A stretch of 58,078 nt of DNA. Origin: Candidatus Saccharimonadota bacterium. GTDB taxonomy: Bacteria > Patescibacteriota > Saccharimonadia > Saccharimonadales > UBA10212. The notes below the pieces were generated by a model. That model saw only the letters and a program-made list of their open reading frames with translations, did not search any database and was not told where the DNA came from. This document shows, piece by piece, positions 11,101 to 19,374 of this stretch. Where the stretch lies: NCBI GenBank assembly GCA_016187125.1, contig JACPKF010000006.1:1-58078 (forward strand), read 5' to 3'. Position 1 is the stretch's first letter; the number at the start of each line of letters is the position of its first letter. The translations under genes and the position numbers were made by a program.

Positions 11101-11208
11101 CTCATAATCTTTCTGCTCCCTGTAAAGCCGCCTGATATAAAAATAGCCGAAGCCAAAGCCGGCCAAAACTAAAACTAAAAAACTAGCCAAGACTATCAAA
11201 ATACTCAT
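8158..11208 (-). CDS. VirD4/TraG/TraD-like (FtsK/HerA superfamily) membrane ATPase with a ~230-aa Pro/Ser/Ala-rich tail
   Basis: It has an N-terminal TM segment, Walker A GQTGTGKST and Walker B CLYVDEFQNF. The C-terminus is low complexity. Confidence 0.75.
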   Translation of the reverse strand: MSILIVLASFLVLVLAGFGFGYFYIRRLYREQKDYERGLKMVPVLIHLPPLSDDTEIQGRDTRDIVDENISRAQVLYSIVASIFQKGFRSRFYGQRHIGLEMVASKSTIHFYAAVPVNLLSVVEQAVVSAYPTARLEEVAEHNIFSPVGRITGTLGGELRLKESYVYPIATYQDIKRDSMQAFLNALSSVTKEDGAGIQILLRPAASSWRKQAAKEAAAKRKGKTKPKGMETTFWYIGQLFTALTKPPESRGGDNKDKPAEEGSSLDQSHAQAIEDKTKQPGFEVLIRVVASSNITQRAQTVLNNLVATFSLFDIPGSNGFKFVPARNIDSFVTEYILRLFPQAKDDNILNATELATLFHFPDQQSIPTSQLQRQASKQVDGPHNVPEEGLLLGYNMFRGAKKAIRLSQADRTRHMYAVGQTGTGKSTFLENLALQDMLEGRGFAFVDPHGDTAEKLLAMVPKERTEDVIYFSPADTDYPMGLNMFEYHSPDQKDFLIQEAINMLYKLYDPGHTGIIGPRYEHIFRNAALTVMADPAGGTFVDIPKLFRDPQFVDKKLQHVTDQNVIEFWRKEMPQSQRSTEFGEVISWFVSKFGAFLSNEMMRNIIGQTKSSFNLRQIMDEGKILLVNLSRGRAGDLNSKLLGMIFVMKFEAAAMSRADIPEEYRRDFCLYVDEFQNFSTDSFADILSQARKYHLNLIVANQFTTQLSEEIRDAVFGNVGTVISYRVGTTDAEFLAKQFAPVFDIDDLQFIPNFNMVVRMMIGGVPVQPFSMAGLPPLGNPNKQLADALKQLSAAKFGRPRAEVEAEIFERLKTTPKPPPSFASRPASPWDNLPTGQAGYGGLTAGAQAIPARPPAIRAPTSLGAVPSSSLASSPAQPSAANAQPSSGGSFLDEWLAKRSGTAPPRPAGSAFSPGGTGQYPPPAGTGQYPTPPPASPLPMGTAQMPPAPSPVSPSFSSPPSSPAPLPTQDLPKPQPADHSEFKIPRDPAESPAAAPPQDADQSLKIDEKGNLTYQ

Positions 11209-11453
11209 CCCACGCCTCCCCCGGAGGCAATTATCAATTTTCCCATCCTCCGTAGCGGTTGCACCGCAACTGTGGAGGATGGGAAATTACCAATTTTCTC
11301 GTTCGAGTCTGAGCCGATTCGGCCTGAGCTCACGGTCGAAGGACCTGAGGGCTCATCCCTCAGAGTCGAAGACAATGATTTGACATTGACCATTTGCCAA
11401 TTGTGAAGTGCAAAATTAGAAATAAATGGTAAATGGAATGACAGAGTCATGAC
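11209..11453. repeat. Multi-hairpin spacer
   Basis: A 13-bp inverted repeat TTTCCCATCCTCC...GGAGGATGGGAAA, a CTGAGGG...CCCTCAG repeat, and a terminal AATGGTAAATGGAA-type tract. Confidence 0.65.
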
Positions 11454-11942
11454 CTAAGCCGCTACTGAATCGCTGGTTTGACCTTGCTGGTGGCGACTCT
11501 GGGTTACACCAAGTGAGTTATCGGTTTTGACGATCTTTTTAAACCTTTTGTGGATATAATCGGCCTTAACTTTGCTCATTTCGTTCTTTTGAGTGTACGG
11601 GTCAGATCGAGTTTTAGCGGCCACGGTTTTGACAGCATTTACCCACTGTTTTTCAATAAGGTCAACGTCTGCTGCCGACAAATTGGTTGTGTTAACCACT
11701 GTGGACTGCAGCGGATGTATGGGCTCATCTGGCAGGTCTTGTGGTGGAACTGCAACTGGAACCATGGGCGGTAAAGCCGGCGTATTGGAAGGCGGCATCG
11801 GTGGCTTACTAGCAACCGATTCTTGAGCCGCTGGTCGCCGCTCTATGGAGTGTTCAGGCGGTTTCTCAAACTCCCCACTACTGGGAACTATCGGAACGCC
11901 TAATTCTGGTTTTGGCTGCCGGCTACTGCCACCTTCATTCAT
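11454..11942 (-). CDS. Hypothetical protein (162 aa)
   Basis: ORF only, with a Pro-rich N-terminal half. Confidence 0.5.
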   Translation of the reverse strand: MNEGGSSRQPKPELGVPIVPSSGEFEKPPEHSIERRPAAQESVASKPPMPPSNTPALPPMVPVAVPPQDLPDEPIHPLQSTVVNTTNLSAADVDLIEKQWVNAVKTVAAKTRSDPYTQKNEMSKVKADYIHKRFKKIVKTDNSLGVTQSRHQQGQTSDSVAA

Positions 11943-12021
11943 GGGTAATATTATACTTTACTATGAGACAAACCTACGAGGTTTCTGCGGTTTTTCCTTC
12001 TTCAATAGATAAAAAGAATCA

Positions 12022-12441
12022 TCAAGCTCTTCTACCGAAGTAAAAAAGCAGACCAAAAACTATTAAAATAACCACCGAACTATCCAATGGGCTCAACGAT
12101 CCCGCACTTTTAAACATCGCCATTACCACTGCAAATATGCTGATTATGAATATTCTGTAACGTGTTTTAGGCCTAACGCTGCCGCCGCACGCTCTCACCC
12201 ACCAGTATCCCAGGCTAACCAACAATATTAACAGCAGTCCAAAGAAGGATAAAGCATAACTTACGTCTCTTACGGGATTTGTGCTTAAAATCAGTCCAAT
12301 CAGGGCTGCCAATGTAGTCACGGAGACGCTCAAAGGAAAGATTGTTCGGCGAGATATTAACTTCACGTTTATTATTGTATAAAGAAAAGCCCCGTAAGAA
12401 TAATTTTTGTGGGACCTGGGCAAACGCAAATATAGAGCCAA
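12022..12441 (-). CDS. Hypothetical integral membrane protein (139 aa)
   Basis: Four hydrophobic segments. Confidence 0.55.
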   Translation of the reverse strand: MALYLRLPRSHKNYSYGAFLYTIINVKLISRRTIFPLSVSVTTLAALIGLILSTNPVRDVSYALSFFGLLLILLVSLGYWWVRACGGSVRPKTRYRIFIISIFAVVMAMFKSAGSLSPLDSSVVILIVFGLLFYFGRRA

Positions 12442-12820
12442 GGCGGTAAATGCGCTCCTAAACTAATTTAATATTCAGCGCTTACCGCCTAATGGCTTGA
12501 GCCATTCGACTGTAGCCCAGGGTCAATCCTGAGCTTGCCGAACGGATTGACTGACCGCTCTTACCAGCTTTGAGCTGATTTGAGCGACAATTTAAACGGC
12601 TTTTATGGGCCGCTGTGGTGGTAAATTTTTATTTTTTTACTCACGCTTTCAACATACTACAGTCTTCAGCTTAAGTCAAGTCTACGACATTGTAGTAAAT
12701 ACAATGTGCCAGATCTGAGAGCTTGTTTTATATATCAACTTATTTACAACGAAGTGCGAAATTTTTGCCTTCTGAACAAAATTCAAACACATTTTCCTGC
12801 CCAAAACTGCATACTTTTTG

Positions 12821-13618
12821 TTATTTGCGTACTGTAAATAAACTAAATTCCAGCGTTTCTGAAAACTTGGTGCCGTGTGACAAATTTTGTAGTTTTTCAC
12901 GGAGCTCATTTTCAAAATCTCTGGTATTTTCACCAAGCTGCTTTTTGGATGCGAATGACGTGGAAAATAACTGACCAATTATTTGATCTGCGGTCCTATC
13001 AAATTTGGTTTTGTAATAATGTGTTCTGAAATCACGGAATTTAGAATTTTGTAAATACTCCTCGAAGCTCTTTTCAGGATGCGTATAAATAAATTTCCCA
13101 GCCCGTCTATCTTCTCCCAGATATTTCTTAATAACTCCTTGAACAATTTTATCTTTTTCAGATGCCTCAGGGTCGCAACTAAGGGGTTTAGCGCCGCCAA
13201 TTATCACAACACCACCGCCTGTTTCAACGAGCGTATACAACTGACTGAGCACTACTTCCTGATCCATCCAGTGGAAAGATCCTCCAATTACAACTAGCCT
13301 AAATGGGTCCTTTAGCTTATCTAACTCCTTGGATGAGCCTTTTTGCCAAATAATATTATTGATTTTGGACTTTTTAATCTTCTTTTGGCCTTCTCGGAGC
13401 ATGCCTTCATCCGGATCTATAGCTAAAACAGAGGTGAAATACTTAGCCAGGGGTATAGTAAGTTCGCCGGTGCCACAGCCTAGATCAAGCAATCGGCCTT
13501 TTCCGTCCAATTTAAAGGTCTGAATAATTTCGGCAAGTAGCGTTTTAGGGTAGCGCGAACGATATTTGGCGTAGTATTTTGCCGTACCTTCAAAAACGTC
13601 GTCACCAAAATCGCGCAT
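12821..13618 (-). CDS. Class I SAM-dependent methyltransferase
   Basis: Motif I is LLDLGCGTGELT, followed by a typical Rossmann-fold layout. Confidence 0.85.
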   Translation of the reverse strand: MRDFGDDVFEGTAKYYAKYRSRYPKTLLAEIIQTFKLDGKGRLLDLGCGTGELTIPLAKYFTSVLAIDPDEGMLREGQKKIKKSKINNIIWQKGSSKELDKLKDPFRLVVIGGSFHWMDQEVVLSQLYTLVETGGGVVIIGGAKPLSCDPEASEKDKIVQGVIKKYLGEDRRAGKFIYTHPEKSFEEYLQNSKFRDFRTHYYKTKFDRTADQIIGQLFSTSFASKKQLGENTRDFENELREKLQNLSHGTKFSETLEFSLFTVRK

Positions 13619-13762
13619 GGCTCAATGATAGCAAAATAGGCTAGGCGTTTTTGACTTGGTCGACAATGAAAATCGGCTGGCATATAAAGCCAAAATCAGA
13701 AATAGATTAAAATCTAACTAAAAGTTATACACAGGTTTATTATAAAAAGCCTTAAAATCTTG

Positions 13763-13790
13763 TTGACAATAACATAAGCGCGTTTATAAG
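13763..13790 (+). promoter_or_regulatory. Putative promoter of a non-coding unit
   Basis: TTGACA, a 16-nt spacer, then TATAAG. Confidence 0.5.
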
Positions 13791-13799
13791 ATGAAGATG

Positions 13800-14119
13800 G
13801 CACTTGAATAAAAAAAGTGCTCAAAACAAAAACACTAAATAGAACAACGGCTTCTCGCAAGCCGTTGTTCTATCCAAAAGTAATAAAACAAAGAATCGTT
13901 CGCCAACCTCCAAACCCAGCACCTAGCTTCGAGCGCTTCGCAAAAAATTATCCGTCCAAGCGGATAATCTCGGAGCTAGGTGCTGGGCAAACACCCAACC
14001 CAGTAGTAGACTTTCGCGACTATCCGCAAGGCGGATACTGGCAAAGCCACGCAAAAGCTCACTACTGGGCCAACCAAACATTACAAAATGGCCCGCAAAA
14101 CTCGGGCCATTTTGTTTTA
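13800..14119 (+). ncRNA. Candidate ~320-nt structured RNA ending in an intrinsic terminator
   Basis: Three long hairpins lie at 13840-13872, 13915-13987 and 13999-14069. The terminator is ATGGCCCG-loop-CGGGCCAT plus TTTGTTTT (14085-14119). Confidence 0.4.
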
Positions 14120-14172
14120 TAAACGCTAGCAATTTTCTTTACCTGCCACACTTGCCATAATTTAAAACAAAT

Positions 14173-15693
14173 ATGGCAAAGTCCTCAAAAAGTATTGTTA
14201 ACCGTGGTGGAACAGATGGACTAGTGGTTAACGTCGAATGCCATATCAGCAAAGGTCTGCCATCAATTATCATAATCGGTTACGCCAGTAGGGCAGTTGA
14301 CGAATCTAAAGATCGGCTTAGGGCTAGCTTTGCTAATTCCAACCTAGAGCTACCCAAAAAACGAATTACTATTAATCTGTCGCCGGCCGATATACCAAAA
14401 GATTCGACTAGCCTAGATTTATCTATGGCGGTTGCCATATTGGCTGCCAGTCAGCAGATAAAAGAAGAATCTCTAAAAAGCTGGCTGTTTTTAGGCGAGG
14501 TTGGCCTGGACGGAAGATTGCATCCGGTTCGTGGTCTGATTGGCAGAATTCTATCAGCTAAAAAAATAGGTTTCACAAGTTTTTATATCCCAAGCGCGAA
14601 TTTAGAACAGGCATTACTAATACCAGATATTAGTCTTAAACCGGTGCTTTCACTGCGGGATGTATACCTAGACCTTGCTGGTCTACTGCCTATCAAGTTG
14701 GTAAAAACCGGACAAGGTAAACAGGCCAGCCAAGTAAAGTCTGCCGAATTTTTAGATTTCTCGGAAATTGCCGGTCAAATTATTGCCAAACGAGCTTTAG
14801 AAATTGCCGCTGCTGGACACCACAATATCTTGCTTCACGGCCCGCCTGGCACCGGTAAAACCATGTTAGCTCGAGCCATGTGTGGCATTTTGCCCAAGCT
14901 CGATAGAAGCGAAGTTTTAGAAGTCACTCACTTGCATAGCTTAGCCGGCAATGATTCAGAGGCTATAATCACAACTAGGCCTTTTCGGACTCCTCACCAT
15001 ACAGCCAGCACTATCGCCATTATTGGCGGCGGAACTTATCCCAAGCCCGGCGAAGCAAGTCTGGCGCATAGGGGCGTGCTATTTCTTGACGAGCTGCCCG
15101 AGTTTAGCCGCCATTGCTTGGAATCACTGCGACAACCACTCGAGGATGGAACTGTAACGATTGCCCGCGTTAAAGACTCTGTAACTTACCCGGCTGACTT
15201 TATACTAGTCGCAACTCAAAACCCTTGCCCTTGCGGTTACTGGGGCACTTCCAAGCCCTGTATCTGCACGGCGGCGGACATTGCCCGCTACCAGAAGAAA
15301 GTTTCGGGACCTATACTGGATAGGATCGACTTACACTTACCTGTACACGATGTTGATTATGAGCGCCTGTTAGAAAACCGCAGAGGTCCGAGTGAAACAG
15401 ATCTTATCAAACCGCGAGTAGCCTTAGCCTACGTGACTCAGAAACAACGTTTTGGCAAGGCCCGCTTTAATAGTTCAATGACCAACCGCGAAATTCGGGA
15501 GCTGGCTAGCTTCTCCAGCGAGGCCAAAAGTCTGTTAGATAGTGCAGCCAGCAAGCTCGGTATTTCCGCTAGAGCTTATGTAAGAACTGTCAAAGTCGCT
15601 CGCACTGTTGCTGATTTAGCCCAGCAAGAGTCGATCAAACCTGAACACATCGCTGAAGCATTACAGTACCGCCAACCACTCCAGCCATTATAA
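14173..15693 (+). CDS. comM: YifB/ComM family Mg-chelatase-like ATPase
   Basis: It has an N-terminal Lon-protease-like domain, Walker A GPPGTGKTMLA, Walker B VLFLDELPEF and a CPCG zinc-like motif. Confidence 0.93.
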   Translation: MAKSSKSIVNRGGTDGLVVNVECHISKGLPSIIIIGYASRAVDESKDRLRASFANSNLELPKKRITINLSPADIPKDSTSLDLSMAVAILAASQQIKEESLKSWLFLGEVGLDGRLHPVRGLIGRILSAKKIGFTSFYIPSANLEQALLIPDISLKPVLSLRDVYLDLAGLLPIKLVKTGQGKQASQVKSAEFLDFSEIAGQIIAKRALEIAAAGHHNILLHGPPGTGKTMLARAMCGILPKLDRSEVLEVTHLHSLAGNDSEAIITTRPFRTPHHTASTIAIIGGGTYPKPGEASLAHRGVLFLDELPEFSRHCLESLRQPLEDGTVTIARVKDSVTYPADFILVATQNPCPCGYWGTSKPCICTAADIARYQKKVSGPILDRIDLHLPVHDVDYERLLENRRGPSETDLIKPRVALAYVTQKQRFGKARFNSSMTNREIRELASFSSEAKSLLDSAASKLGISARAYVRTVKVARTVADLAQQESIKPEHIAEALQYRQPLQPL

Positions 15694-15765
15694 AAATACT
15701 TGGCTAAATTATTGTGAATAAGCTCCAGGGCTGTTATTATCAATCAGAGTTTAAGGAGCGAGAAA

Positions 15766-16272
15766 ATCGTCAATAGTCCTAGGATAAATGAGGCCATCCG
15801 TTCTAACCAGTTACGGGTAATTGGCGATGATGGCCGGCAATTAGGGCTCTTAAGTCGAGCTGAAGCCTTAGATGCCGCCTCTGAAGCGGGTCTTGATCTA
15901 GTTGAGGTATCACCTGACGCCAAGCCCCCGGTGGCAAAAATTGTCGATTGGGGCAAATATAACTATCAAAAAACCAAGCAACTGCAAAAAAGCCGGCAGA
16001 AGAGTAAGCCCTTAGATCTCAAAGAGATGCGAATGGGTCTTAAAATCGGCGACCATGATTTATCGGTGAAACTACGAAAGGTTTCGGACTTTTTGGAAGC
16101 TGGACATAAGGTCAAAATTACGATAATCTATCGAGGACGAGAATTAGCCCATAAAGATCTGGGCTTTAAGTTAGCCGACAGAGTCAAAGACGAGCTTGGT
16201 GAGACCATAGTCGTGGATCAAGAACCGCAATTCGCGGGACGACAGATTAATTTTGTTATAAGGAAGAAGTAA
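15766..16272 (+). CDS. infC: Translation initiation factor IF-3, inferred non-AUG (ATC) start
   Basis: The frame reads RINEAIRSNQLRVIGDDGRQLGLLSRAEALDAASEAGLDLVEVSPDAKPPVAKIVDWGKY upstream of the listed ORF. AAGGAG lies at 15753-15758, 7 nt before the ATC. Confidence 0.9.
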   Translation: MVNSPRINEAIRSNQLRVIGDDGRQLGLLSRAEALDAASEAGLDLVEVSPDAKPPVAKIVDWGKYNYQKTKQLQKSRQKSKPLDLKEMRMGLKIGDHDLSVKLRKVSDFLEAGHKVKITIIYRGRELAHKDLGFKLADRVKDELGETIVVDQEPQFAGRQINFVIRKK

Positions 16273-16415
16273 CTCACTCGCCATGGTAAAAATTTTCAAT
16301 TTTCAATCATTAATTTTCAATCAATTTTCATCTAGCCAATTTTCAATGCGTTTGGTTATTGAGCCATTGGCCCTTGAATGTAAATTGCAAAATTGTAAAT
16401 TAGAAATTAACTCTT
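16273..16415. repeat. Low-complexity hairpin spacer between infC and rpmI
   Basis: AATTTTCAAT repeats are followed by a TTGAATGTAAATTGCAAAATTG arm. Confidence 0.7.
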
Positions 16416-16610
16416 GTGCCTAAGCTAAAAACCCATAGTGGTACAAAAAAACGTGTGCGCCTTACTAAAACCGGCAAGGTTGTCCGTCGTCATGCGACGG
16501 GTAATCACTTTTTAGAGAAGAAAAGTGCTTCTCGTAAGCGCCGCTTTGCCGGCGTAGAAGTCTTGAGTGGCAAGCAGTCCAAGAATATTCGTCGTCAGTT
16601 AGGAGTTTAG
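16416..16610 (+). CDS. rpmI: 50S ribosomal protein L35
   Basis: MPKLKTHSGTKKRVRLTKTGKVVRRHA... Confidence 0.95.
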   Translation: MPKLKTHSGTKKRVRLTKTGKVVRRHATGNHFLEKKSASRKRRFAGVEVLSGKQSKNIRRQLGV

Positions 16611-16788
16611 TCGTGATTGCATCACTCCAATTATCAATTAGCAATTTTCAATTCTGCCTACTCCGCCGAAGTAGCTTCGGCTACGAAGGCCGAGCAATGA
16701 ATAATCAATTATCATTTATCAATGCAGTTACATGGAAAATGGTCAATGGTCAATGGTCAATGGTCAATGGTCGCGTAGAGGATATATC
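16611..16788. repeat. Hairpin spacer between rpmI and rplT, including a TGGTCAA heptamer tandem repeat (16739-16773)
   Basis: ATGGTCA occurs four times in tandem. There is a GTAGC-TTCG-GCTAC hairpin and ATCAATTA repeats. Confidence 0.75.
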
Positions 16789-17136
16789 ATGAGGATAAAA
16801 CGGGGTGTAACTTCCCACAAACGTCATGTCAAAATCCGTCGCGCGACGCGGGGTATGACCAAAGCCCATCGCTCTTCTATTAAGCGTGGCAGGCAAGCTA
16901 CAACTAAAGCCCTGCAGTTCGCTTACCGAGACCGACGAAACCGCAAGCGCAGCTTTCGACAGTTGTGGAATGCCCGTATTAATGCCGGCGCCCGACTAAA
17001 CGGCATGACTTACAGTTTACTGATTGCGGCTATGAAAAAAGCCGGTATTACCCTAGACCGCAAGATTTTGGCTGAGCTAGCTGTAAATGAGCCGGCGGCC
17101 TTTAAGGCCGTCCTAGACGCTGCTAAAAAGAAATAG
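16789..17136 (+). CDS. rplT: 50S ribosomal protein L20
   Basis: MRIKRGVTSHKRHVKIRRATRG... AGAGGA lies 7 nt upstream of the ATG at 16789. The listed 16732 start reads through the heptamer repeat. Confidence 0.93.
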   Translation: MRIKRGVTSHKRHVKIRRATRGMTKAHRSSIKRGRQATTKALQFAYRDRRNRKRSFRQLWNARINAGARLNGMTYSLLIAAMKKAGITLDRKILAELAVNEPAAFKAVLDAAKKK

Positions 17137-17146
17137 TCAACGCTTG

Positions 17147-17213
17147 CCCCGCTTAAAAACCTGAGCGGAGTAGTCCGCAATCAGATTATGGAGCGTCAAG
17201 TTTTTGTGCGGGG
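17147..17213. repeat. CCCCGC...GCGGGG long hairpin, copy 2, downstream of rplT
   Basis: CCCCGCTTAAAAACCTGAGCGGAGTAGTCCGC...CGTCAAGTTTTTGTGCGGGG. Confidence 0.65.
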
Positions 17214-17263
17214 AACCCAAGGCTTTTGAGGCTGTGGTCAAAGCCGCCAAAACTCAAAAATAG

Positions 17264-17578
17264 TTAACTAGCAGCTCTTGGCGGCTCTATAATACCTATG
17301 TAACCGAGTAGGCCATAGGGATACTCACCTCTAGATCGTGCCGTCTCTTTGAGGCTTTCATCCCGTCGATTAGCAGCAGCTACCAATAAATCGGCTGTGG
17401 CACGATCCGGAAGGTTAATCGCCAACCAAACAGCATCTCCATCATCGGCCAGAACTCCCTCAACATGATAGAGGCTGGGATTCATTTGGCCGGGTTTAGG
17501 ATAATCATCAACGTGAACCGGGGCCTCTTGTCCTTCTTCAAAGACAAACCCTTGTTCTCTAAACATTGGTTGCGGCAT
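17264..17578 (-). CDS. Hypothetical protein (104 aa)
   Basis: ORF only. Confidence 0.5.
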   Translation of the reverse strand: MPQPMFREQGFVFEEGQEAPVHVDDYPKPGQMNPSLYHVEGVLADDGDAVWLAINLPDRATADLLVAAANRRDESLKETARSRGEYPYGLLGYIGIIEPPRAAS

Positions 17579-17653
17579 AAGAACTCCTTTAGGGATTTTA
17601 TTGTTGTTTTATTATGCCTTTGTAAATATTGGAGTGCAAGCATAAAGGCAATC

Positions 17654-17680
17654 AAAAAACTCCTCATACAAGGAGTTTTT
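17654..17680. terminator. Bidirectional intrinsic terminator downstream of rnpB
   Basis: AAAAAACTCCT-CATACA-AGGAGTTTTTT. Confidence 0.7.
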
Positions 17681-18045
17681 TAGTGGCGCCGGACAAACCG
17701 TAAGCCGGGTTCTGTTTTATCTAGCCATCTATCTAGCCCGCCAATCACTCGGCGGATCAAGCGGTTCTTATGACAAGCCGCGGATGGACTCCTCTTATAT
17801 GCGACATATCTCCTTGCAGCAGGCAGGGTTTACCTCCTCCGACAATCACTCGTCGGAGCTGTGGGCTCTTACCCCAACTCGTTTCACCATTTCCATGCTC
17901 TTTAGGGGCACGGTTGTGTTGTTTCTGTGGCACTTTCCCTGGGGTTGCCCCCGGTTGCTGTTAGCGACTACCACTGTCCATATGCTGCCCGGACTTTCCT
18001 CCAACCAAAAAAGGCTGGTAGCTAGTCGTAAGTCCGACGCCACTA
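17681..18045 (-). ncRNA. rnpB: RNase P RNA, bacterial type A
   Basis: The rc contains GGAGGAAAGTCCGGGC, GGGAAAGTGCCACAGAAA, GGTAAGAGCCCAC and ACAGAACCCGGCTTA. P1 pairs TAGTGGCGTCGGAC with GTCCGGCGCCACTA. Confidence 0.95.
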
Positions 18046-18130
18046 GGGATTATAACACGATTTACCCCTGACAACAACTAAGCCTATGCTTATGCTTGCA
18101 ACGGAGTGTTTTTAAGTAGATGATAGTTTC

Positions 18131-18658
18131 ATGCACGAGATGATCCGAGGTGAATCTTATAAAGGTGTTGATGTACGTTCAGCCAGTCCAGAAGCTCAGG
18201 AAGCCCTGGCCAGAGCTATCGAAGAGGCTTTTTTAAATCCCATTGAAGACGAGATTACAGAACATATTGATACTACCGCGGCCAGAAGAACTCAACGGCT
18301 TAACCGATCATTGCATCGTGTTAAAACTACCGGCTACTTTACTCGAAAACCGGGAAGTGAAAGCACGCCATCGGGCGTATTAGCAACTCAATCACAAGTT
18401 GCCGCTAAAACTCGAGGGAGCATTTTTCGACGATTTACTCAATCAGAATGGTCAGCGCCTGAATATTCAATGACCTACTTCTACGACTACCGTGAATATC
18501 AACAAACTGGCCGTAATATTGTCCGATTTCAATATTGGCCTGGCTCTGGTCATATGAGTATAAGCGGCAAGTCTTGGTTATTCGGGGAGCTCGGACTGGT
18601 GACGGGTGACCCCCTCGATATATTCATTAAACTACTCAAACCTTGCCATTCTAAGTAA
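18131..18658 (+). CDS. Hypothetical protein (175 aa)
   Basis: ORF only. Confidence 0.5.
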   Translation: MHEMIRGESYKGVDVRSASPEAQEALARAIEEAFLNPIEDEITEHIDTTAARRTQRLNRSLHRVKTTGYFTRKPGSESTPSGVLATQSQVAAKTRGSIFRRFTQSEWSAPEYSMTYFYDYREYQQTGRNIVRFQYWPGSGHMSISGKSWLFGELGLVTGDPLDIFIKLLKPCHSK

Positions 18659-18663
18659 ACGGG

Positions 18664-19338
18664 TTAAGATTTTCTTCGTTCCTGTTCGTCTAAAATTCGA
18701 TTCACCTCTGTATCAGCTTGGTTATTTAAAATCCTTGGAACGTGAACAAATTTAATACTCTCAAAGGTTCGTGCCAGTTTTTCTATCTGTTGATGCAGTG
18801 GCTGAAGCAAGTTATTTTTAATCTTGTAAAGACCGTTGATTTGTTTAATTACCAGTTCGCTATCCATGTGAACTATCAGTTCCTTAACCCCGACTTTTTT
18901 TGCCCTCTCCAGACCCTTAACTAAAGCTTGATATTCAGCTTGATTATTAGTAGCTATGCCGATATAGAACCCTGATTTTTCTACAACATTATTGTCCAAA
19001 TTACAGATTATAAAAGCACCAGCGGAGGGTCCAGGATTGCCTCTCGAACCGCCATCAGTATATAGTTTTGCAGCTATTAAACTAGCCTTGGAAGAGCCTT
19101 TTGTCTGTGCTTTATAGGCGGCATCTATAGCTCTTGCCAATTTGTGGTCTTTGTTCGTAATCTTGCCTTTTGTGTGGGTACTGAGCCAAATCTCCACTTC
19201 ATTCCAGTCATTTTGCCAGCGCGGGTGGTGGTTCTGCTTTTCGGCTTCGTCAGCCACTTTTGCCATAAACTTAAAAGCCGCTTTAAAATCTTTGAGCTCA
19301 AATTTTCTATATAATTGTTTGTCTTTCTCTTGCCACAT
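18664..19338 (-). CDS. Fusion of a pterin-4a-carbinolamine dehydratase (PCD/DCoH)-like domain and an RNase HI-type domain
   Basis: The N-terminus has FKFMAKVADEAEKQNHHPRW...LSTH. The C-terminus has YTDGGSRGNPGP, NNQAEYQAL, HMDSELV and NNQAD (a DEDD pattern). Confidence 0.8.
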   Translation of the reverse strand: MWQEKDKQLYRKFELKDFKAAFKFMAKVADEAEKQNHHPRWQNDWNEVEIWLSTHTKGKITNKDHKLARAIDAAYKAQTKGSSKASLIAAKLYTDGGSRGNPGPSAGAFIICNLDNNVVEKSGFYIGIATNNQAEYQALVKGLERAKKVGVKELIVHMDSELVIKQINGLYKIKNNLLQPLHQQIEKLARTFESIKFVHVPRILNNQADTEVNRILDEQERRKS

Positions 19339-19374
19339 GCATCTATCCTAGCAGAGAAAGCGTTTTAAAAAAGT

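Noticed and set aside
11205-11450. An 81-aa ORF, together with the ORFs at 24980-25279 and 13817-14122.
   Set aside because: They lie entirely within hairpin or repeat spacers or the candidate ncRNA, and their composition is driven by the repeats.
16732-16788. N-terminal extension of L20 (MENGQWSMVNGQWSRRGYI).
   Set aside because: It is a translation of the TGGTCAA heptamer array. The canonical L20 N-terminus MRIKRG, with an SD, starts at 16789.
16273-16790. CRISPR array interpretation of the periodic repeats, here and at 5271-5412 and 25020-25275.
   Set aside because: The periods are 5-10 nt with no 25-40 nt repeat/spacer alternation, and there are no cas genes.
17770-18071. ORFs of 64, 95 and 65 aa.
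   Set aside because: They overlap the RNase P RNA gene.
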